A stretch of DNA of 64,000 bases, taken from positions 5,680 to 69,679 of the forward strand of contig JAFXVM010000014.1 in the NCBI GenBank assembly GCA_017524525.1. The letters run 5' to 3'. The notes beneath the pieces were generated by a model. It was not told the origin of the DNA. It ran no database searches and saw only the letters and a list, made by a program, of their open reading frames with translations. The stretch is from Alphaproteobacteria bacterium (lineage in GTDB: Bacteria; Pseudomonadota; Alphaproteobacteria; Rs-D84). Below, piece by piece: positions 8,268-18,043 of this stretch; position 1 is the first letter of the stretch, and each line of letters opens with the position of its first letter. Made by a program: the position numbers and the translations under genes.

Positions 8268-9512
8268 ATGAAAAAAATACCAGAACTTTTGGCACCAGCG
8301 GGAACGTTGGATGCTTTTAAAACTGCGATACTTTATGGCGCAGATGCCATTTATGCGGGATTGCCGGGCTTTTCAATGCGCGCGCGCGCTAAAATCACAG
8401 TAGAAGAAGTCAAGCAAGGCATAGATTTTGCTCACGAACACGGTAAAAAGGTTTATTTGGCTTTCAATCTGTTTGCGCATGACCGTGATTATGAAAATAT
8501 GGGCCGTGTCAGCGAAGTTTTGAATTATTTGCGCCCAGATGCGCTTATTATATCGGATGCAGGCGTTTTAATGTGGGTCAAGGAACATCATCCAGATATC
8601 CCAATTCATATATCAACCCAGGCGAATATTTGCAGTGCATCTACGGTTAAATTCTGGCAAAAAGCAGGTGCTGTTCAATGTGTTTTGGCACGCGAAGTTT
8701 CACACAGTGAATTTGAATCTATACGTAAACAATGCCCAGATATTGGATTGGAAATATTTATTCATGGCGCAATGTGTATGGCTTATTCGGGACGTTGCCT
8801 GTTGTCGAATTACATAACAGGGCGCCCATCTAATCGTGGTGCTTGCGCACAGTTATGCCGTTGGAAATACGATGTGATTTTGCGTGAACGGGAATCTGGG
8901 ATTGAAATGCCAATCGAAGAAGATGATCGTGGTGCTTATATTATGAACAGCAAAGATTTATGTTTAATGCCACGTTTAAAAGAAGTAATTGAATCACAAC
9001 CTGATACGCTTAAAATCGAAGGTCGTAATCGCAGTGAATATTACGTAGGCAGCGTCACACGTGCATATCGTAATGCGCTGGATGCTTATGCTGCTGACCC
9101 AGAACACTTTAATCCTGCGCCATTTATGGATGATTTAAACGTACTTGAAACGCGCGGGTATACCACAGCATTCTTTGACGGGCCTCTGCCAAGCGATGCA
9201 CATGATTACGAAACGACGCATTCTAATTCGGATTGGCACGCTGCAGGTGTGATTACAAATGTAGATAGTAAAAATATCACATTGGAATTGCGTAATGAAA
9301 TAAAGGCTGGCGATACAATTAATTTTATATTGCCATATACCACAGACAAAGTTTCAATTGTTTTGGATAAGATTATAAATGCCAAAGATGGCACAGAATT
9401 ACCGAAAATGTCTGCCGGGCAAAAAAACTCTTTGTTGGTACCGATTGAAAAGATTCCAGAACAATATCGTGACAAAATGGTGCCATTAATATTGGCTTAT
9501 AAACATAAGTAA
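8268..9512 (+). CDS. peptidase U32 family protein
   Basis: N-terminus MKKIPELLAPAGTLDAFKTAILYGADAIYAG and the conserved Cys-rich core (HGAMCMAYSGRCLLSNY) are typical of U32. Start is chosen at the ATG at 8268; the track extension overlaps the tRNA-Thr promoter region. Confidence 0.75.
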   Translation: MKKIPELLAPAGTLDAFKTAILYGADAIYAGLPGFSMRARAKITVEEVKQGIDFAHEHGKKVYLAFNLFAHDRDYENMGRVSEVLNYLRPDALIISDAGVLMWVKEHHPDIPIHISTQANICSASTVKFWQKAGAVQCVLAREVSHSEFESIRKQCPDIGLEIFIHGAMCMAYSGRCLLSNYITGRPSNRGACAQLCRWKYDVILRERESGIEMPIEEDDRGAYIMNSKDLCLMPRLKEVIESQPDTLKIEGRNRSEYYVGSVTRAYRNALDAYAADPEHFNPAPFMDDLNVLETRGYTTAFFDGPLPSDAHDYETTHSNSDWHAAGVITNVDSKNITLELRNEIKAGDTINFILPYTTDKVSIVLDKIINAKDGTELPKMSAGQKNSLLVPIEKIPEQYRDKMVPLILAYKHK

Positions 9513-9543
9513 ATTGAAAACCGCCGATTAAGGCGGTTTGTTA

Positions 9544-11259
9544 TTATTTATTAGATTGTTGCAAGGCTGGTATTATAGCATCGTCATTATATTGCGACAA
9601 GAATCTTTGACCTGTCACACATACGAAATTAGACAAAGAATCTTTGTATTCGCGCACAGCGGCAACCCAACGTTCGGAAACTTCTGTTTTTGCGCCTTCA
9701 TAGCCAGCAAAACCACCCAAAGCACCGCCCGCAGCAGTTCCAGCCAAAGTCCCTTTTAACCGAGCCTGGTTTGACAAATCGACCAATCCGCCATCAGATG
9801 CATTGCGAGAATTCGGGCTAAAGCGGATTTTTTCTTTGTCTTCTGTGATTTCAGAACCCACAGAACCATCTGAATTACGATAATAATATTTTGCTTGATT
9901 ACTTATCGTATCCCATTCGGAAACTTTATATCCGCCGAGCTTTTGCAAAGAACCACTTGAAAACACTGCGTATGCTAATATCGCGTTCCCAGAAGCCTTT
10001 TTGGCAGAAGCAACTTCGTAATATTGTTCATCAACATTCTCATCAGATACAGCTTTAAACAAATCTGCCCCAACGTCAGTTGCAGGTTGATAACGCTTAA
10101 GTTGACGCCTTTCAGTATCTTGCGTATTTCCAGATTTAAAGATATCATTAAACGAAACAGACCCACCTGATCCTTTTTTAAATTGTATATCAAGCAATCT
10201 CACTGAAGGTGTTTCACATTTAAAATAACCATCGCTCGATGCTTTACACTCTTTTACAACATTGTTTTTATTTACAATGAAAAAACCTTCGTCGTACTTA
10301 GATTTCAATTCATCATCAGTAACCGTATAAATTCTACCCTGCACACAATCATGTTCAACCTTAGTTGCGCCTTCGCCGACTTCACATTTTACAACCGCCA
10401 TGACGCTGTCGCTGCCACTGGCACCTGCCATCATATTACCGATAATCATACCCGAAGCAGCATTCACCGCAGTAGATTTAATAGTGTCCCCCGCAACTTT
10501 GCCGGAATAAGTACTGGCTGCCATAATGCCTGCCCCAGCAGTTGCGCCGATTGCGGTATCAAGTAATCTGGTTTTTCCTGTGCCAAAAAGTTTATTATCA
10601 CCAGCCGTCTTTGGTCCCAACATATTACCAGCAACCCCAGCAATAAGAGCTCCCGCGGCAATCTTTAGCCCGGCATTCTGCTTTTGTTCTTGGTTCATTG
10701 CTTGTTTAACTTCTTCTTCGGTTGGCGCTCTGTCTGCAGGCAACATAGTTTTTGAAAGCGCGGCAGCGTTCATACCAGATTCCGGAAAAGAATCAATGTT
10801 GCATTTTATAGAATCACCTGCTGCTACAGTAGTAGTTGCCAAAATTTCTTTGGAATTCGCATCACGTAATTCAACCACCGCCACACATTGAGGCGTTTGG
10901 TCTTTGCGATAACCTGATTCTGGGATTTCCCATTTAAAAACACCCGTAGGAATCAGCATCGCGCATGATTCTAAGTGTGCCATAGTCGTGGTAGATTTGT
11001 TGTTTAAAATTGCTTCTGCTAATTTTTTATCTTCGACTGCTACTGGTAAATTTTCAGTAGCACTAGCAGTTGTTGCCCCAGGGTTATTCGCAGCCATCGC
11101 ATCCATATATTCTTGTTGATAACTTAACATGCTAACTTGGTTATACGCGTCAGCACGGCTACGGGCAGCGTTTGGTCCAGCATAAACAACAACTGGCGAT
11201 GCAGAAACACACGCCAAAATCACTGAAAACAAAGATAATTTACAAATTCTCTCTCTCAT
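9544..11259 (-). CDS. secreted hypothetical protein with glycine-zipper segments (571 aa)
   Basis: Signal peptide ...SVILACVSASPVVVYA. Gly/Ala-rich hydrophobic runs (AAGALIAGVAGNMLG, AIGATAGAGIMAAS, GMIIGNMMAGASGS, LAGTAAGGALGGFAGY). Starts 11 nt after the OMP gene stop. Confidence 0.6.
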   Translation of the reverse strand: MRERICKLSLFSVILACVSASPVVVYAGPNAARSRADAYNQVSMLSYQQEYMDAMAANNPGATTASATENLPVAVEDKKLAEAILNNKSTTTMAHLESCAMLIPTGVFKWEIPESGYRKDQTPQCVAVVELRDANSKEILATTTVAAGDSIKCNIDSFPESGMNAAALSKTMLPADRAPTEEEVKQAMNQEQKQNAGLKIAAGALIAGVAGNMLGPKTAGDNKLFGTGKTRLLDTAIGATAGAGIMAASTYSGKVAGDTIKSTAVNAASGMIIGNMMAGASGSDSVMAVVKCEVGEGATKVEHDCVQGRIYTVTDDELKSKYDEGFFIVNKNNVVKECKASSDGYFKCETPSVRLLDIQFKKGSGGSVSFNDIFKSGNTQDTERRQLKRYQPATDVGADLFKAVSDENVDEQYYEVASAKKASGNAILAYAVFSSGSLQKLGGYKVSEWDTISNQAKYYYRNSDGSVGSEITEDKEKIRFSPNSRNASDGGLVDLSNQARLKGTLAGTAAGGALGGFAGYEGAKTEVSERWVAAVREYKDSLSNFVCVTGQRFLSQYNDDAIIPALQQSNK

Positions 11260-11270
11260 TTTTTTTTATA

Positions 11271-12407
11271 TTAAAATTCCAGTCTTAATCTAACACCCAC
11301 GTCTAAACTGCTTAATCTTCCGCTTTCGGTCCAATTAGTATAATGGAACACGCTATCATAAGGTGCTTCGTATTCATCACCCATACCATCGCTCAGCCAT
11401 TCTGTTTGAGATACAACAACAGAACCAGATGTTTTAACCTTACCTAAATTAGCGTATCTTACAAAGAAATCGAGTTTAAGGCCATCATTCATAGATGTCG
11501 TGACACCGCCTTCTAATTGAAAAGCCAACTGTTCCATTGTACCACCATTGTGGTATCCATAGATGTCAGAAATCGCTGTTAAACCGCCGGCTTGAATACT
11601 GCCTGGTCCCAAATCACCAGTTTCATCATAGAAAGTGTTATCAAAGACAACATAATCTGCGATTGTATTAAAAGCCAAACCAACACCCGCACCAACATAA
11701 GGACGTAATGAACCGCCTGCTACATATCCAGTAAACGAATCAATATTATAATACACGTTTAACATAGTGGAATTAGAAGTGATTGCGCCACCACTGACCG
11801 TTGCATCTGTGTATCCGTCACCTGTGGACGTTTGAACCCTTTCTGCATAAGAAATTCCCGAATAGCGTAAAAATGAAAAATCAACACGAATATCACTGTT
11901 GATTGCGGCACCAACCGAAATCTGCAAAGGTATCACACTGTCTGATTTAAAATCTGACAAGCGAAAAGACCCAGGTGCAAAATACGCATTGTCTTCATTT
12001 GCGTAATCTGCAGACATTTGTCCCTTTATCATAGTGCTGTATCCCGCAGATAATCCAATATACAAACCACTGTCGGCCAATCTATCATAATCAGCAGATT
12101 GATAATATTGGCGTCCTGCATTAGTTGCAGAAGAACCGACACGTGGCAAAGCACCGGTTATACGATTAGGACTGGTTGCGGCAACATTTGTCCCCATTGG
12201 ACGACCGTTTGCATTGGATGCCATAATTAACTGGCGAGATGTGATATTGGAATTACTGGTCACAGGCTGATTAGAATATTGTGGATTAATAACATAACCT
12301 TGACGTGCCAATTGTTCGGGGTTGTACACAGGATAAGCAGCATCCGCCGCAATCGGCAAAACAGACATTAAACCTGTTAAAACCGCAAGAAATTTGAACT
12401 TTTTCAT
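11271..12407 (-). CDS. outer-membrane beta-barrel protein (Omp25/31-like) with a ~100-aa low-complexity N-terminal region
   Basis: Signal peptide MKKFKFLAVLTGLMSVLPIAADA, alternating beta-strand pattern, C-terminal ...GVRLRLEF. Confidence 0.7.
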   Translation of the reverse strand: MKKFKFLAVLTGLMSVLPIAADAAYPVYNPEQLARQGYVINPQYSNQPVTSNSNITSRQLIMASNANGRPMGTNVAATSPNRITGALPRVGSSATNAGRQYYQSADYDRLADSGLYIGLSAGYSTMIKGQMSADYANEDNAYFAPGSFRLSDFKSDSVIPLQISVGAAINSDIRVDFSFLRYSGISYAERVQTSTGDGYTDATVSGGAITSNSTMLNVYYNIDSFTGYVAGGSLRPYVGAGVGLAFNTIADYVVFDNTFYDETGDLGPGSIQAGGLTAISDIYGYHNGGTMEQLAFQLEGGVTTSMNDGLKLDFFVRYANLGKVKTSGSVVVSQTEWLSDGMGDEYEAPYDSVFHYTNWTESGRLSSLDVGVRLRLEF

Positions 12408-12547
12408 CTTTTACTAAACTTCCTTTGCAAACATTATAACATAAAAAGGTTTTGAATGAAAGCGTAAAATAGATTGATTTTAACAAAAAAATGCACTCAA
12501 AAAATGAGTGCAAATTGTCCAATATAAGTTTATTTTTTTATATAATT

Positions 12548-13612
12548 TTAGAATCTAGCGTTAAATCTAACACCCGTTTCTAATTTTACATCTGTTCCAT
12601 TTTGAGAGCCAGAATGAGAATCGTCAAATGTATATTCTGTGAACAAAGTCAATTGCATGTTATCAGTCAATTGATTTGCAACATTGAATTTCAACACATA
12701 TTCATCCCAACCGTCTTTCATGTTTTTGGTTTTTGCCAGCAGACCATCAACTACTGCTTGTTGCAAAGTTGTCAATCCTGGAACAGCTGATACATCTTTC
12801 AGCTTAGTATGAATACTTTTGACGCCATTATCATGGTGTTCATAGTATTCAAAGCCTGCACCGATAGACCATCTGTCTGTTATTTGAAAGCCAGTGTCAA
12901 AACCAGCACCTGTTTCATGTTGAGATTTCAAATTTACAGAAATTTCATCTGGAAATCCTAATTGTGCCATCGTTAAAGATTGATACATCGTTGGAACCAT
13001 TGGGTTGCCCAACAATGGTTGCATAGATTGATCGATACCGATTTTATTGTTGTGGTTTCCAAATGTTTGTAAGTATTCAGCATGAAATGCCAAAGTGAAA
13101 AAATCCCAAGTTTTTCCAAATCTTGTTCCGGCAATTATACCATAACGACCATTTGAATAATTATCAAATTTGAACCCGCGAGCAGAATAAGAACCCTTCA
13201 TCGGTGAAACACCAGAAAGGAATATTTCGGAATACAAATCTAACACTATTGGTTGTGCGTCATCCAAAACACGATACATCAAACCAGCGCGTCCACGATG
13301 CATTCCCTTGCGGTCAATATCATCATCGTGAGTATAACCAAAATGACCAATCAAAGCCAAACGGTCGGTAATACCATAACCTAAATCTTCGGTAAAACGC
13401 CATATTGGAAATTCTTCTGTATGAGCCAAACCACGTTTTTGTAATGCAGGCGTGTTATCAGTTTTTTTGTACATCACAGCTGCACCTGTTTTTAAATACA
13501 CTTCACGATTTTGTGGCATGTAAAGTGGATTTTCCATATTTGATGCTGCAAAAGCCTGTGCTGAAACAACAGATGCTGTTGCTGCTATCAAACATTTCAA
13601 AGACTTTTTCAT
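12548..13612 (-). CDS. outer-membrane beta-barrel protein
   Basis: Start at the ATG at 13612 (SD AAAGGAG) gives signal peptide MKKSLKCLIAATASVVSAQAFA. C-terminal ...GVRFNARF. The 62-aa upstream extension in the track is rejected. Confidence 0.7.
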   Translation of the reverse strand: MKKSLKCLIAATASVVSAQAFAASNMENPLYMPQNREVYLKTGAAVMYKKTDNTPALQKRGLAHTEEFPIWRFTEDLGYGITDRLALIGHFGYTHDDDIDRKGMHRGRAGLMYRVLDDAQPIVLDLYSEIFLSGVSPMKGSYSARGFKFDNYSNGRYGIIAGTRFGKTWDFFTLAFHAEYLQTFGNHNNKIGIDQSMQPLLGNPMVPTMYQSLTMAQLGFPDEISVNLKSQHETGAGFDTGFQITDRWSIGAGFEYYEHHDNGVKSIHTKLKDVSAVPGLTTLQQAVVDGLLAKTKNMKDGWDEYVLKFNVANQLTDNMQLTLFTEYTFDDSHSGSQNGTDVKLETGVRFNARF

Positions 13613-13854
13613 CCATATCTCCTTTTTTATTTGATGAAATAACCAACCCCCATTATTGGCAAGATTGGCGCTATATCCATGCCACCCATTATTGGCAATA
13701 GCATGCTTTGCGATATAACTTTGCTCATTGTGATACATTCCTGACAATAAGTCAAAATATAAATTGTCTTGACAACGGACTTGAAATATGTCACGCAATT
13801 CCTATATATATTTTGGAGTGGGGTGGAGAGCCCGGAAAACCAAAGGAGTTCACC

Positions 13855-14442
13855 ATGACACAGATGTTTTTAAAGAATGTAAAAAATTTTGAATTTCAGC
13901 AAAAACAAATCATGATGTTGGGTGGTATTGTGGATGCAAAGCAAAAAAAATTATCACCAGAAGTAATCAAACAAATGCAAAAAGACTATCGCAGAATGTA
14001 TTTTGATTTGGTTTCAATAAATTGGGGTCAAGGCAAAACATTGGGTGTTTCTTGGCAGAAAGGATTGGAACAAATGGATGCCTTCGTTGCGTCAAAGGTA
14101 AAAATTGCCAACCATCCTGCAAATGATGAACTGTTAAAATTCCATACAGAATTTCGCAAAGATATGGCAAAGACAATAATGACTAACCCTTATGTCGAAG
14201 ACAAATTAGATGATAACTTGAAACAGAAATTTCTTGAAAACGGAATGAAAGATTTAAGCAAAGCCAAGGGCGCTTTGGACAATATGTATAAGCAGTATAT
14301 GCCGGAAAAAACTCAAGAAAAAGTCCAAGAAAAAACTTTGGGAAATTCACAAAAGGCGCAACAGTTGAATTTGGCAAATCACAAGACAGAACAAATCTTG
14401 CAGATATTAATGCAACAGCGTATGAACGAACGTGCCGCGTAA
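13855..14442 (+). CDS. hypothetical protein (helical, Lys/Gln-rich)
   Basis: ATG at 13855 is preceded by AAAGGAG. No recognisable motif. Confidence 0.5.
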   Translation: MTQMFLKNVKNFEFQQKQIMMLGGIVDAKQKKLSPEVIKQMQKDYRRMYFDLVSINWGQGKTLGVSWQKGLEQMDAFVASKVKIANHPANDELLKFHTEFRKDMAKTIMTNPYVEDKLDDNLKQKFLENGMKDLSKAKGALDNMYKQYMPEKTQEKVQEKTLGNSQKAQQLNLANHKTEQILQILMQQRMNERAA

Positions 14443-14461
14443 TCACAAAAGGAGAACACTG

Positions 14462-14980
14462 ATGGACGTGGATACAGCAAAATTATTAGCAAAAATTGCT
14501 GGTGAAAATGTTGAAAATTTTGCCAACTGTGTTGTCAGTGATTCTGCCAGAACACAGATTGATTTTGCTTTCAATCAAATGTTTCAAGGACTATCGCTGT
14601 TGCAATGGATGGAAAATATAACTTTGATGAATGCGTGGCAAAATACATTGGATGCCATGACAGAATTTGTATTTTCTTTGCCCGAGAAGAATTGTGTTGC
14701 AGAATATTTGCATGTTGCTGTTTTTGATTTTAAAAAGAATACGTTAAAAACAGTAAAAAACAGTATTCATGCAAATGAATATTTTAATTGTCCAAAGGAT
14801 AAACAGGACGAATTAAAACAATCTGCAAACGAAAAAATACAACAGGGCATAGATATTATAAAAAGTTTGGTTTCTGCCCCAGATAAAAGCATGACAGAAA
14901 AAACACAGCCAATGGAAAAAGTCCAAGCTCCTCAAAAAATAAAAATACGCGAATATGAACGAGAACGCGAAAGAAAATAA
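14462..14980 (+). CDS. hypothetical protein
   Basis: ATG at 14462 is preceded by AAAGGAGA. Probably co-transcribed with 13855-14442. A terminator follows (aaaaaccgccgatttggcggctttttt). Confidence 0.5.
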   Translation: MDVDTAKLLAKIAGENVENFANCVVSDSARTQIDFAFNQMFQGLSLLQWMENITLMNAWQNTLDAMTEFVFSLPEKNCVAEYLHVAVFDFKKNTLKTVKNSIHANEYFNCPKDKQDELKQSANEKIQQGIDIIKSLVSAPDKSMTEKTQPMEKVQAPQKIKIREYERERERK

Positions 14981-15005
14981 AAAAACCGCCGATTTGGCGG
15001 CTTTT

Positions 15006-16367
15006 TTATTGATTCACAATTTCAAGAACCTTTTTAACTATGTCATCTACTTTGATGCGTTCTTGTTCCATAGAATCACGATGACGCATTGTGACAGTAC
15101 CGTCTTCCAGAGTTTGGTGGTCAACTGTAATACACAATGGTGTTCCAATTTCATCGTGTCTGCGATAGTTTTTACCGATATTGCCTGAATTTTCCAATTC
15201 AATTTTACCAATACCGAGTTTGCGCAAATCATCGACAATCTTGTTCGACATATCTACAATTTCTGGAACATTACGAACAAGCGGGATTACCGCAGCTTTG
15301 ACCGGTGCCAACCAAGGTTTTAATTTCAAAACAGTGCGTGTTTTTCCGTCACCCAAATCTTCTTCTTCGTATGCTTCTAACATTACCGTTAACATAGCGC
15401 GATTTGTTCCCATTGCCGTTTCGATAACATACGGTATAAAGTTTTCGCCAGTCTGTGCATCACTATAAGACAATTTAGTTGTGGAATCTTTATTTTCCAT
15501 AACTTTTGCAGCCAATTTAAATTCGCTTTGACCCTTGGTATGAGAGCCAAGGTCAAAATCTTGACGATTGTGAATACCTTCGACTTCGTCAAAGCCGTCT
15601 GGGAATTTATATTCAATATCGCCAGCCGCTTTGGCATAATGTGCCAATTTTTCATGTGGTTGAAAGCGCAATTTTTCAGCAGGTATCCCGAGAACATTTA
15701 TCCACCAATCTATACGAGTCTTCTTCCAATATTCAAAATATTGTTCGTCTTCGTCTGGTTTAACAAAATATTGCATCTCAGCCTGTTCAAATTCGCGCAT
15801 ACGAAATACGAAACCGCGCGGGGAAATTTCATTACGGAAAGATTTTCCAATTTGAGCAATTCCAAAAGGCAACTTATGAGGCTTTGCATCCAATACATTT
15901 TTAAAATTAACATAAGTTGTTGTTGCTGTTTCAGGACGCAAATAAGCATTAATTTCACCATCAGCAGTTGCACCGATAGATAACCCCATCATTAATTGAT
16001 ATGCGCGTGGTTCTGTAATATCAGTACTGCCACAGTTATCGCATTTTGTAGGGTCTTTCATTTTGTCTTGGCGCATACGGGCACCACATTTTTTACATTC
16101 AACCAGCGGGTCGGAAAAACTTCCTTCGTGTCCAGAATACTTCCACATTAAACGGTTAGTGATAACAGATGCATCTAAACCTTCAATGTCGTTTCTGGAA
16201 TAAATCATCGCGTTCCACCAAGCGTTACGGATATTGCGCATCATTTCAATTCCGTATGGACCATAATCGTATGCACCACCAAGCCCCCCGTATATTTCGG
16301 AACCTGTGAAAATAAAACCTCGTCTTTTACAAAGTGCGACTATGTCATTAATTGATTTTGCTGGCAT
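15006..16367 (-). CDS. glyQS: glycine--tRNA ligase, single-chain alpha2 type
   Basis: 453 aa. N-terminus ...IVALCKRRGFIFTGSEIYGGLGGAYDYGPYG and class II motifs (FRNEISPRGFVFRMREFEQAEMQYF), with a C-terminal anticodon-binding domain. Confidence 0.9.
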   Translation of the reverse strand: MPAKSINDIVALCKRRGFIFTGSEIYGGLGGAYDYGPYGIEMMRNIRNAWWNAMIYSRNDIEGLDASVITNRLMWKYSGHEGSFSDPLVECKKCGARMRQDKMKDPTKCDNCGSTDITEPRAYQLMMGLSIGATADGEINAYLRPETATTTYVNFKNVLDAKPHKLPFGIAQIGKSFRNEISPRGFVFRMREFEQAEMQYFVKPDEDEQYFEYWKKTRIDWWINVLGIPAEKLRFQPHEKLAHYAKAAGDIEYKFPDGFDEVEGIHNRQDFDLGSHTKGQSEFKLAAKVMENKDSTTKLSYSDAQTGENFIPYVIETAMGTNRAMLTVMLEAYEEEDLGDGKTRTVLKLKPWLAPVKAAVIPLVRNVPEIVDMSNKIVDDLRKLGIGKIELENSGNIGKNYRRHDEIGTPLCITVDHQTLEDGTVTMRHRDSMEQERIKVDDIVKKVLEIVNQ

Positions 16368-16382
16368 TTCAAAAACCCTTTT

Positions 16383-16562
16383 TTATAAATCTGGTTCAAT
16401 AGCGTTAACTGGGCATACAGCAGCACAAGTTCCGCATCCCATACATTTCGTTTTATCTATTTTGCATTTGCCACCTTCGCCGTCCATGATAGCCATCGCA
16501 GGACAAACCCCCATGCAAGTATGACAACCGATACATTTATTTGAATCTATTTTATAAGCCAT
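16383..16562 (-). CDS. 2x[4Fe-4S] ferredoxin (59 aa, not in the supplied ORF track)
   Basis: Hand translation gives MAYKIDSNKCIGCHTCMGVCPAMAIMDGEGGKCKIDKTKCMGCGTCAAVCPVNAIEPDL*, with two CxxCxxCxxxCP motifs. Confidence 0.8.
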   Translation of the reverse strand: MAYKIDSNKCIGCHTCMGVCPAMAIMDGEGGKCKIDKTKCMGCGTCAAVCPVNAIEPDL

Positions 16563-16591
16563 TTTGTCTTCCTTTTGTTTTTTTGTAAAAA

Positions 16592-17293
16592 TTAATCTCT
16601 GCTGTTCAAAAATCCCAGTATGTATTCAAACATTGCTACGAACGAGATGTACATGTGTAATGCGCCAAGTACTGCCAATTGGTCTTTCTGTTCGCCATCC
16701 CCAATTGCATAGTATGCATTTTTCAAATTTTGCATATCATATGCTGCGAACAGAGCAAATACCAAGACGCCAATCAAACAAATGATTTGATTGAATACGA
16801 CACCAAATGGACCTGTGAATATAGATATAACACCAACCAAAATTAAGCCAATCATACCGATAAACAAGAACGCCCCTAAGAACGATAAATCTTTAACAGT
16901 TTTGTATCCGAAAAGTGCCATGCAACCAAACATGACCGCTGCTAAGACCAAGGCGATTATTATGGAAAGCCCGCTTGATACCAAAATCATAGGTGTTACC
17001 GCGATACCCATTAAAATTGAATACAAAAATAACAAAAGTTTAGCAGTTGATGGTTTCATAGAAAAAGCGCGTGCCTGGGCCCACAAAGACAATGCCAGAC
17101 CACCAAAAACAATGATGTAATATGTAATAGATAAACCACCGTTATGAATCAGGGCAGTAAACGCGCCTGTTATCAACATAATGAAAGTTGTCAATGCTGT
17201 GATGCCGACTGCGCCAGTCATAAGACCAAATATTTTTTTAAGATAAGATTCAATGCCACCTTTGACATTTGAAACAGATTTTTTTGCAATCAT
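16592..17293 (-). CDS. Bax inhibitor-1/YccA family membrane protein
   Basis: Seven hydrophobic segments, family-typical length, and a C-terminal ...AVLGALHMYISFVAMFEYILGFL segment. Confidence 0.7.
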   Translation of the reverse strand: MIAKKSVSNVKGGIESYLKKIFGLMTGAVGITALTTFIMLITGAFTALIHNGGLSITYYIIVFGGLALSLWAQARAFSMKPSTAKLLLFLYSILMGIAVTPMILVSSGLSIIIALVLAAVMFGCMALFGYKTVKDLSFLGAFLFIGMIGLILVGVISIFTGPFGVVFNQIICLIGVLVFALFAAYDMQNLKNAYYAIGDGEQKDQLAVLGALHMYISFVAMFEYILGFLNSRD

Positions 17294-17468
17294 AGTTTTC
17301 TCCTTAAAATAGATTTATGATTTATGTAACCTGAATATAATATAATATGGGGAATAATTCAAGAGATAACAAAAATATAATTTTTTAATTTTTTTGTTTA
17401 TGTGGCTTGACAAATCAAAAATTGTCAATATAATATACTTGTAAACAACAAACCCAAGGAGATTTACA

Positions 17469-17756
17469 ATGTACGAAAGAAAAGATATGTCAAAAAAGAT
17501 AAACACACAATTCTTGAACGAAAACCCAGATGTTTCAGGAGTTGCGAGTTCCAATGCTGCTAAACGCTCTTTCATTGCAAAATATCAACAAATGTTGGCA
17601 GCAAATAAAAGAGAAGCGGCAAGTTTGGAAAAAGAAATCAAAGCAGGTAAAGCGACACCAAGCGATGAAAAACGTTTGGCAAGATTATATGAAATAATCA
17701 AAAACCAAACAGAATCTATTGCTCGTGAAACAGATCGTTTGAACCAGGGCAGATAA
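17469..17756 (+). CDS. hypothetical small protein
   Basis: ORF preceded by AAGGAGA. Charged and helical. No motif. Confidence 0.4.
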   Translation: MYERKDMSKKINTQFLNENPDVSGVASSNAAKRSFIAKYQQMLAANKREAASLEKEIKAGKATPSDEKRLARLYEIIKNQTESIARETDRLNQGR

Positions 17757-17772
17757 TAAAGCGAGATATAAA

Positions 17773-17949
17773 ATGACAAAAACATATGAATCTAAATCTT
17801 TTGTTCCAAGTGGTCGTTTGCCTTATGAATGTATTGTTCGTTTGGTAGACAAGGCTTGCAAATCAGGAAATTTTCAATTGCAACAATTGATTGACGCGGG
17901 ACCGCGTATTTCATTAAAAGATGTTGCAAAATTCAGGGAATCTCGTTAA
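17773..17949 (+). CDS. hypothetical small protein (58 aa, not in the track)
   Basis: Hand translation gives MTKTYESKSFVPSGRLPYECIVRLVDKACKSGNFQLQQLIDAGPRISLKDVAKFRESR*. A terminator follows (aaagccgctattaagcggcttt). Confidence 0.3.
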   Translation: MTKTYESKSFVPSGRLPYECIVRLVDKACKSGNFQLQQLIDAGPRISLKDVAKFRESR

Positions 17950-18043
17950 AACAAACCAAATCAAAGCCGCTATTAAGCGGCTTTAATTTTTGGTTGAAAA
18001 TAATATATCTTTGATAATACAATGGTCAAAAAGGAAATTTATT

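Noticed and set aside
13649-13705. Sigma54 promoter, because of TTGGCA in the direct repeats (ttggcaatagcatgct).
   Set aside because: The GG-to-GC spacing is one nt short of the TGGCAC-N5-TTGCW consensus in the better copy. The other copy lacks the -12 TTGC. No evidence for rpoN or an EBP in the window.
12548-13798. N-terminal extensions of track ORFs (12548-13798, 13708-14442, 8172-9512, 17990-18862, 21035-22027, 46507-47019, 47504-47932, 60282-61574, 61590-62312, 40488-46424, 25802-28684).
   Set aside because: In each case an internal ATG with a proper SD yields a canonical N-terminus (signal peptide or conserved family start). The extension would run through promoter, terminator or tRNA-flank sequence.
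15006-16367. Single-chain (alpha2) GlyRS as evidence of horizontal transfer into an alphaproteobacterium-like genome.
   Set aside because: The type is unusual for many proteobacteria. I cannot establish the taxonomy or run a phylogeny from this window, and its codon and AT bias look like the neighbouring genes.
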